A stretch of 5,729 nucleotides of DNA from Nanopusillaceae archaeon (lineage in GTDB: Archaea > Nanobdellota > Nanobdellia > Nanobdellales > Nanobdellaceae): the NCBI GenBank assembly GCA_049973735.1, contig JBMFJL010000039.1, positions 1-5,729 on the forward strand. Reading direction: 5' to 3'. The position numbers and the translations under genes were made by a program. Positions 1 to 3,894 of the stretch are shown here, piece by piece; positions within the stretch are counted from its first letter, which is position 1, and every line of letters starts with the position of its first letter. The notes beneath the pieces are model-generated. The model ran no database searches and was not told the origin of the DNA. It saw nothing but the letters and a program-made list of their open reading frames with translations.

Positions 1-464
1 AAATAGAAATAGTATGATAAAATGAATAAAGTAGGGAAAAATGCTTGTCTATGTACATCAAACCAATTTATACCTGCTAATGGGAAATAAATTAACCAAC
101 TTAAAGAAATTAATAGAGAAGGTATTTCATCTTTTAAATAATGCTTTGCTATTCCATATAAAGGAAAAACTGCTAATGCTAACCAAATGCTTTGAAAAAC
201 CAATAACGCTTGAGTTCTAATTTTTAAGAAATAAAATGGTAATAAAAGAACAAAAGCTCCATTGCTAGCTAGTTGATTTAATATACCTGATAAAGGTAAA
301 TGAGCCGTATCATAAAGTCCTTGCAAAAATATTCCTAAATCTTGAATGTTTGCATTTAATGAATAGTACCTCATCAAAGATATGTAAGACCACGTTATAG
401 CATATGATATAAAACCTATTATTAAAATTATCTTTATCTTGTTTGATTTTAAATTAGTTAACAT
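1..464 (-). CDS. 5' part (about 154 codons) of a polytopic membrane protein, DUF2079-like; continues past the left window edge
   Basis: This ORF is absent from the supplied track because it is open-ended. The reverse complement from the ATG at 464..462 is stop-free to position 1: [60 protein letters not shown]...[10 protein letters not shown]...[28 protein letters not shown] Shine-Dalgarno lies at 473..470, 5 nt before the ATG. The 'DLGIF.Q' and 'FD.H...P' motifs and the several hydrophobic helices match my recollection of DUF2079 N-termini. This was not checked with an HMM. Confidence 0.7.
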   Translation of the reverse strand, partial: MLTNLKSNKIKIILIIGFISYAITWSYISLMRYYSLNANIQDLGIFLQGLYDTAHLPLSGILNQLASNGAFVLLLPFYFLKIRTQALLVFQSIWLALAVFPLYGIAKHYLKDEIPSLLISLSWLIYFPLAGINWFDVHRQAFFPTLFILSYYFY

Positions 465-496
465 TATCGCACCAAATAGAAAATAAATTATAGAAA

Positions 497-508
497 TTAT
501 ATATTTTT
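497..508 (-). promoter_or_regulatory. Candidate BRE/TATA-like box for the DUF2079-like gene
   Basis: The minus strand reads AAAAATATATAA, an A-run followed by a TATA-like element. It is centred about 35 nt upstream of the ATG at 464 and about 26 nt upstream of the GGTG site. The background is AT-rich, so specificity is limited. Confidence 0.3.
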
Positions 509-650
509 ATTACAAAGGCAATTAAAAAATAGGTTAAAGGTGATTCTAGATATTTAAAACTTTTATGTCTGAAGTAGTATAATAACTAAGCGGTATATCA
601 AGAATTAAACATTAATTACTAAATCTTTTATAATTTATTGTCGAGAAATC

Positions 651-1331
651 CTACCATTTCCAAGTATAAACTATATTAAGAAAGTAGTTTAAAGGAGCAA
701 CTAAAATTGACATTATAACATTTGCCCAAACAATGTGAATACCTATATATTTGTTAAGAAGAAATGCTAAAAAAGAGGTAACCAATTCTGTTATTGCGTA
801 AATGATATTATATCTAACACCTTTTGATACAAATTTATAATTCCATTTGTTTTTAAAAGAAGAATAAAACATATCGTTTAAAGAAAATCCGAACCATATA
901 GATGTCTCGTTAGCTATTATTAATGAAGTGAGCCTTGGAATATTTAAGATCAACAAGAAAATGAGTAAGATCTGAGTAAATATTAGTGCTGTTAAGCCTA
1001 CTAGTAAAAATGTAGCAATGCTATTTTTAACCATGTATAATATTATTTTCATGAAATTAAACAAATCTATTTGTTTTGATATGTAGCTTTTTTGTTGGAA
1101 ACTTGTTGGTATATTAATTATTGTGAAGTTTTCTTTTAATGCAAGTATTATTATTTCTATAATAATTGTTAAATCTGTTTTAGTAAGCTTATAAACCAGC
1201 CTACTTGGGAATGCTATTATACTAGGGTTTATATCGAAGACCATCTTATTATAGAGAATCCTAAAAGCTAAAGAAAGCAATTTATCAGTGAAAAAATAGA
1301 AAAAATAGAAAAAATCTGTCTTTCTAAACAT
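651..1331 (-). CDS. Distal part of a GT2 (Dpm1-like) glycosyltransferase plus a GtrA-like 4-TM C-terminal domain; this is the downstream half of a frame-disrupted gene
   Basis: 226-aa ORF. Its first ~100 aa (LLSLAFRILYNKMVFDINPSIIAFPSRL...IIEIIILALKENFTIINIPTSFQQKSYISKQ) align by eye to the acceptor-side half of polyprenyl-phosphate sugar synthases such as Pyrococcus DPMS. The last ~120 aa form four hydrophobic helices with a GtrA-like pattern (FLLVGL..., ANETSIWFGFSLND, ...LNYFLNIVYTW). The ATG at 1331 lies inside the overlap with the upstream ORF and is probably not a real start. Confidence 0.75.
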   Translation of the reverse strand: MFRKTDFFYFFYFFTDKLLSLAFRILYNKMVFDINPSIIAFPSRLVYKLTKTDLTIIIEIIILALKENFTIINIPTSFQQKSYISKQIDLFNFMKIILYMVKNSIATFLLVGLTALIFTQILLIFLLILNIPRLTSLIIANETSIWFGFSLNDMFYSSFKNKWNYKFVSKGVRYNIIYAITELVTSFLAFLLNKYIGIHIVWANVIMSILVAPLNYFLNIVYTWKW

Positions 1332-1765
1332 CTTTCTTGTTTATTAATACTAATAACAACGGCATTTTCGTTTGATTTCTTAATAATATCATCAATACTT
1401 GAAAATTCATATATTTTATTTGCATTTATAATTAATATAATTTTTGCATTAGGAATTGTTTTTAATCCATATCTTAATGAAGTTATGTGAGCCATGCCAT
1501 AGCCTTTATGAGGCTGAAATAAGATTTCATCCACACCAGCTACTATATATTTCTTTAGATCATCGGTGTCTTGTTTATTTAAACTTATTATAATATATAT
1601 TGAGTTGTTGCATTTGTTTCTTAAATAGCTTATTAATTCAACATTTTTCTCATTTTTGTTAGACACAAATATGCTAACAATTATATCAATATTTTTTGTG
1701 TTCTTATTACTCCTGTATAAAATTGTGGCATCATTGATATATTTTGAAAGGCTTTCTGGTTTCAT
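1268..1765 (-). CDS. N-terminal nucleotide-sugar-binding (Rossmann-like GT-A) half of a GT2/Dpm1-like glycosyltransferase; upstream half of the frame-disrupted gene
   Basis: 165-aa ORF with a strong AGGAGGAG Shine-Dalgarno at 1783..1776, 10 nt before the ATG at 1765. The pattern IDIIVSIFVSNKNEKNVELI ... IYIIISLNKQDTDD ... HKGYGMAHITSLRYGL ... AKIILIINANKIYEFSSIDDIIK ... AVVISINK follows the beta1-NE / beta2 / KG..A...G / DxD-strand / GSR order of GT2 enzymes. The acidic motif positions are substituted. Confidence 0.7.
   Translation of the reverse strand: MKPESLSKYINDATILYRSNKNTKNIDIIVSIFVSNKNEKNVELISYLRNKCNNSIYIIISLNKQDTDDLKKYIVAGVDEILFQPHKGYGMAHITSLRYGLKTIPNAKIILIINANKIYEFSSIDDIIKKSNENAVVISINKQERCLERQIFSIFSIFSLINCFL
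1291..1315 (-). repeat. 9-bp tandem repeat, minus strand (TTTTTTCTA) about 2.8 units, containing three T6 tracts; site of the frame change between the two GT ORFs
   Basis: The plus strand reads aaaaaatag aaaaaatag aaaaaat. It encodes FFYFFYFF in the downstream frame and IFSIFSIFS in the upstream frame. Confidence 0.9.
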
Positions 1766-1810
1766 ATTATTAAAACTCCTCCTAAACTATCTTATATCAG
1801 AATAATAATA

Positions 1811-1862
1811 AGCTTAAAAATTTTTTATAATTTATTTAGCTTAAAAATTTTTAAAATTTATA
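1811..1862. repeat. Two tandem ~27-bp direct repeats in the divergent intergenic region
   Basis: AGCTTAAAAATTTTT occurs at 1811..1825 and again at 1838..1852, identical at 15/15 positions. The tails (TATAATTTAT versus AAAATTTAT) are similar apart from one indel. The A5T5/6 core is self-complementary. Confidence 0.8.
1813..1826 (-). promoter_or_regulatory. Candidate BRE/TATA-like box for the GT2 gene
   Basis: The minus strand reads AAAAAATTTTTAAG. Its TATA-like part is centred about 26 nt upstream of position ~1790, which would give a ~25-nt leader containing the AGGAGGAG site. A second copy lies 27 bp further upstream at 1852..1840. Confidence 0.35.
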
Positions 1863-2259
1863 ATTAATTTAAAAATAACAACAATTAATTCATTATAATA
1901 TTATTAAAAATGTTTATAAGATCTATTTATTAAAACGTTATGTTTCTCTATTATGTTATTATTTGATAAAAAGAATTTTCAATCTTATATCATTGTTCTT
2001 TTAAGCTAATAAATGTTTAATGTTTAGTTATAGCTGATTGTTTTTTATAATAAATATTTTAGTTATTTTTAAATATTTATTAAAATAAATTAAATGAGCA
2101 GAAAATATTGTATTATTAGTTTGCTTGTTATGCGCGTGTATTTTAATCTGTAAGAGCCATACTATTTTTAAAATAAAGTTTGATTCAAAGTGTTTAGTAG
2201 CAATATTTATTAATTAATTGATTGTGATGAATTGAAAATATATTTGCTTTAATTAGTAT

Positions 2260-2272
2260 GAAAATTTTTATA
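2260..2272 (+). promoter_or_regulatory. Candidate BRE/TATA box for the plus-strand gene set
   Basis: GAAAATTTTTATA. The TATA-like TTTTTATA at 2265..2272 is centred about 47 nt before the TTG at 2316. The predicted start near 2295 gives a ~20-nt leader carrying GAGGTG (2305..2310). Confidence 0.45.
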
Positions 2273-2315
2273 GCTAAACGGAAATATTCCTATTTGATTG
2301 ATTAGAGGTGTAACA

Positions 2316-2768
2316 TTGGACAAAAAGTTAATAATTATCACTTTAATAATTATTACAATAGCTTTACAGTTTTCAATGATATCCAAAGCTAATAAAATAA
2401 CATGCAATGCTACAATAAATAATATAGAAACCGCTTATAATTATTTGGAGAAAGTATCGTCTATGGGTTATAATTCAAATTATGAAAATGATCTAAAACT
2501 TTCAATTAACTATTTAAATATGGGAATTAATAAAAACAACATCAGTTATTGTATTAAATCTTATAATATATCTAGTAATATTTTGAATAATTCTTCAGAG
2601 TTTCTAAATAAGGCCAAAAGTTTATATTATGATAAAATTTTTGAGAATGTTTTAATTATATCTATATTGTTTGCATCTTCTTATATTTCTTACAGGTTTG
2701 TACCAACAATATTTTGGATAGCATGGCTTAAAGCTCATGAAAATTATGAGGTGAAGGAAAACGATTGA
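2316..2768 (+). CDS. Small bitopic membrane/secreted protein with an N-terminal hydrophobic signal/anchor, a sequon-rich helical middle and a C-terminal TM helix; function unknown
   Basis: The ORF track gives 2298..2768 with a TTG start. An in-frame TTG at 2316 sits 5 nt after GAGGTG (2305..2310) and gives MDKKLIIITLIIITIALQF..., so I prefer it. The middle contains the sequons NAT, NIS, NIS, NNS and NSS and two Cys residues. The C-terminus has a hydrophobic stretch, VLIISILFASSYISYRFVPTIFWIAWL. I recognise no family. Confidence 0.65.
   Translation: MDKKLIIITLIIITIALQFSMISKANKITCNATINNIETAYNYLEKVSSMGYNSNYENDLKLSINYLNMGINKNNISYCIKSYNISSNILNNSSEFLNKAKSLYYDKIFENVLIISILFASSYISYRFVPTIFWIAWLKAHENYEVKEND
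2748..2754 (+). promoter_or_regulatory. Shine-Dalgarno (GAGGTGA) for the next gene, embedded in the 3' end of the previous CDS
   Basis: It is a full match to the motif used before the other genes here (GAGGTG at 2305, GGTGA at 3225, AGGTGG at 3885). It lies 9 nt before ATT 2764, 10 nt before TTG 2765 and 13 nt before ATG 2768. Confidence 0.55.
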
Positions 2769-3234
2769 TGATAAAATAAGAGATATAACGGCTGGTTTCT
2801 TTATTGTAATAGCAATAATTTTTTCCATCAATTTCCTAATGGAAAACTGGAAACCAGGCTCCTATAGTTTGTTGGCTTTATTAAATGGAAATAAAGAATT
2901 AGGAGGCTATCCAAGTGAAGTTCAAGTAAATTCTACATCGAGCTTTTACATTTATATAGAAAACCACGAGAACAAATTGGCTTTATATGAAATAAAAATT
3001 TATATTGTTAATTCCTCTTTTATCTTAAATTCAACAAGTCTGCAAAAATGTAAACCCTATTACATTTTTTACGATATAATAAACAATAATAAAAACGATA
3101 CAATTCCATTTAATGTTACTTTTAATAAACCAGGTCAATATAAAATATTGATTTTATTATATATGTTTAATGGTAGTAATTTTAATTATACAGGATTATA
3201 CAATCAATTTTATATTAATTCTACGGTGAGATAA
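2764..3234 (+). CDS. TM-anchored extracellular domain matching the C-terminal module of DUF1616; heavily sequon-decorated; start codon unresolved
   Basis: The ORF track starts at ATG 2839, but the frame is open from 2755. It encodes a clean TM anchor upstream of that ATG: (I)DDKIRDITAGFFIVIAIIFSINFL-MENWKPG. The pattern LLNGNKELGGYPSEVQVNSTSSFYIYIENHENKLALYEIKIYI ... PGQYKILILLYMF matches my recollection of the DUF1616 C-half ('EFYLLG..G.A.dYP....Ge....igi.NHE....Y.l.v ... kl.flLy'). There are eight N-x-S/T sequons after the anchor. Confidence 0.75.
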   Translation: MDDKIRDITAGFFIVIAIIFSINFLMENWKPGSYSLLALLNGNKELGGYPSEVQVNSTSSFYIYIENHENKLALYEIKIYIVNSSFILNSTSLQKCKPYYIFYDIINNNKNDTIPFNVTFNKPGQYKILILLYMFNGSNFNYTGLYNQFYINSTVR

Positions 3235-3803
3235 TGGATTCTATAGAGGACGAAATTATTAAATATTTGAATAAAAATAAAAATAAAAAAAATAAAGTTA
3301 AAGACGTTACAATTTATCTGGACAATATTTCTAAAAAAATGGTTAATAAAAAAGACGTAAGCAAATCTATTTATAAGTTAAGAGAGCAGAGAAAAATAAG
3401 TTTAATAAAAAAGGGAAACTATATTAATTATTTCTTTAGTGTGGAAAATTCATGGTATCTTTTTTCGATTTCTATAATGATAATCTCATTTATTTCATCA
3501 TTATTTTTAAACGATAAATTTATTTTAATAAAGGGTATCTTAGTTTCGCCACTTTTATTTTTCTATCCTGGCTATGGTATAGTAGAATTGGCTTATCCTA
3601 AATCTGAATGGAATGATTTGGAAAAGGTCGCGTTGTCTATAGGATTAAGTCTTGCATCATTAGCAATAATTGGTTATATACTCAATTTTACTTATGCTGG
3701 TTTAAATGTTAAAAGCGTTTCTTTATCCCTTTTAATCTTTTCAATAGTATTATTAATATTGTCTAATTTTAGAAAATTTATTGAAAAAAGTGATAATTTA
3801 TGA
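3234..3803 (+). CDS. Putative winged-helix-like N-terminal domain fused to a 4-TM domain matching the N-terminal module of DUF1616
   Basis: ATG 3234 overlaps the upstream TAA (TAATG), and GGTGA (3225..3229) lies 4 nt upstream, which suggests translational coupling. The segment LVSPLLFFYPGYGIVELAYPKSEWNDLEKVALSIGLSLASLAIIGYILNFTYAGLNV matches the recalled DUF1616 N-half ('lPGY.l.aalfP....l..iERvaLSfGLSia.vPliGl.LN.Tp.Gi'). Residues 1-65 (SIEDEIIKYL...KDVTIYLDNIS...KKDVSKSIYKLREQRKISLIKKGNYINY) have a helix / helix-turn-helix / beta-wing pattern. With four TMs both ends are predicted cytoplasmic, consistent with the RKFIEK tail. Confidence 0.8.
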   Translation: MDSIEDEIIKYLNKNKNKKNKVKDVTIYLDNISKKMVNKKDVSKSIYKLREQRKISLIKKGNYINYFFSVENSWYLFSISIMIISFISSLFLNDKFILIKGILVSPLLFFYPGYGIVELAYPKSEWNDLEKVALSIGLSLASLAIIGYILNFTYAGLNVKSVSLSLLIFSIVLLILSNFRKFIEKSDNL

Positions 3804-3849
3804 TAGGTTTTGGAAAAGACGTTATTATATTCTTATTTATTAGAAAATT

Positions 3850-3862
3850 AAAAATTTTTATA
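3850..3862 (+). promoter_or_regulatory. Candidate BRE/TATA box upstream of the 594-aa membrane protein gene
   Basis: AAAAATTTTTATA, the same 12-mer core as at 2261..2272. It is centred about 36 nt before ATG 3895, so the leader would be only ~10 nt and would overlap AGGTGG (3885..3890). Whether this is an internal promoter or read-through from upstream cannot be decided from sequence. Confidence 0.35.
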
Positions 3863-3894
3863 ATTATTTCTATAAATTAAACTAAGGTGGGAGA

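Noticed and set aside
537-592. AAGGTGAT Shine-Dalgarno-like motif and a TCTAGA palindrome on the plus strand between the two minus-strand genes
   Set aside because: The nearest downstream ATG (575) is ~30 nt away and opens a 5-codon ORF. This is most likely a chance match inside the terminator/promoter spacer of the minus-strand genes.
1811-1862. Possible CRISPR or other spaced-repeat array
   Set aside because: There are only two directly adjacent copies with no spacers, almost pure A/T composition and no cas genes. A duplicated promoter element is the better reading.
2224-2260. Possible C/D-box sRNA: GTGATGA (C box-like) at 2224..2230 and AGTATGA (C'-like) at 2254..2260
   Set aside because: There is no CTGA D or D' box at the required ~12-nt spacing, only TTGA directly abutting the C-like box, and there are no terminal pairing stems.
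1766-2315. Replication origin in the long AT-rich divergent intergenic region
   Set aside because: I could not find ORB or mini-ORB-like inverted elements of the GC-containing type I recall from archaeal origins. There is no adjacent orc1/cdc6 gene in the window. AT-richness is not discriminating in this genome.
2298-2380. Class III (type IV pilin-like) signal peptide in the bitopic protein (MIRG|VTLDKK...) or in the ectodomain gene (DITAG|FFIVIAII)
   Set aside because: The first candidate has charged residues (DKK) immediately after the putative cleavage site. The second lacks a charged residue at position -2. Neither fits the [KR][GA]-hydrophobic prepilin pattern.
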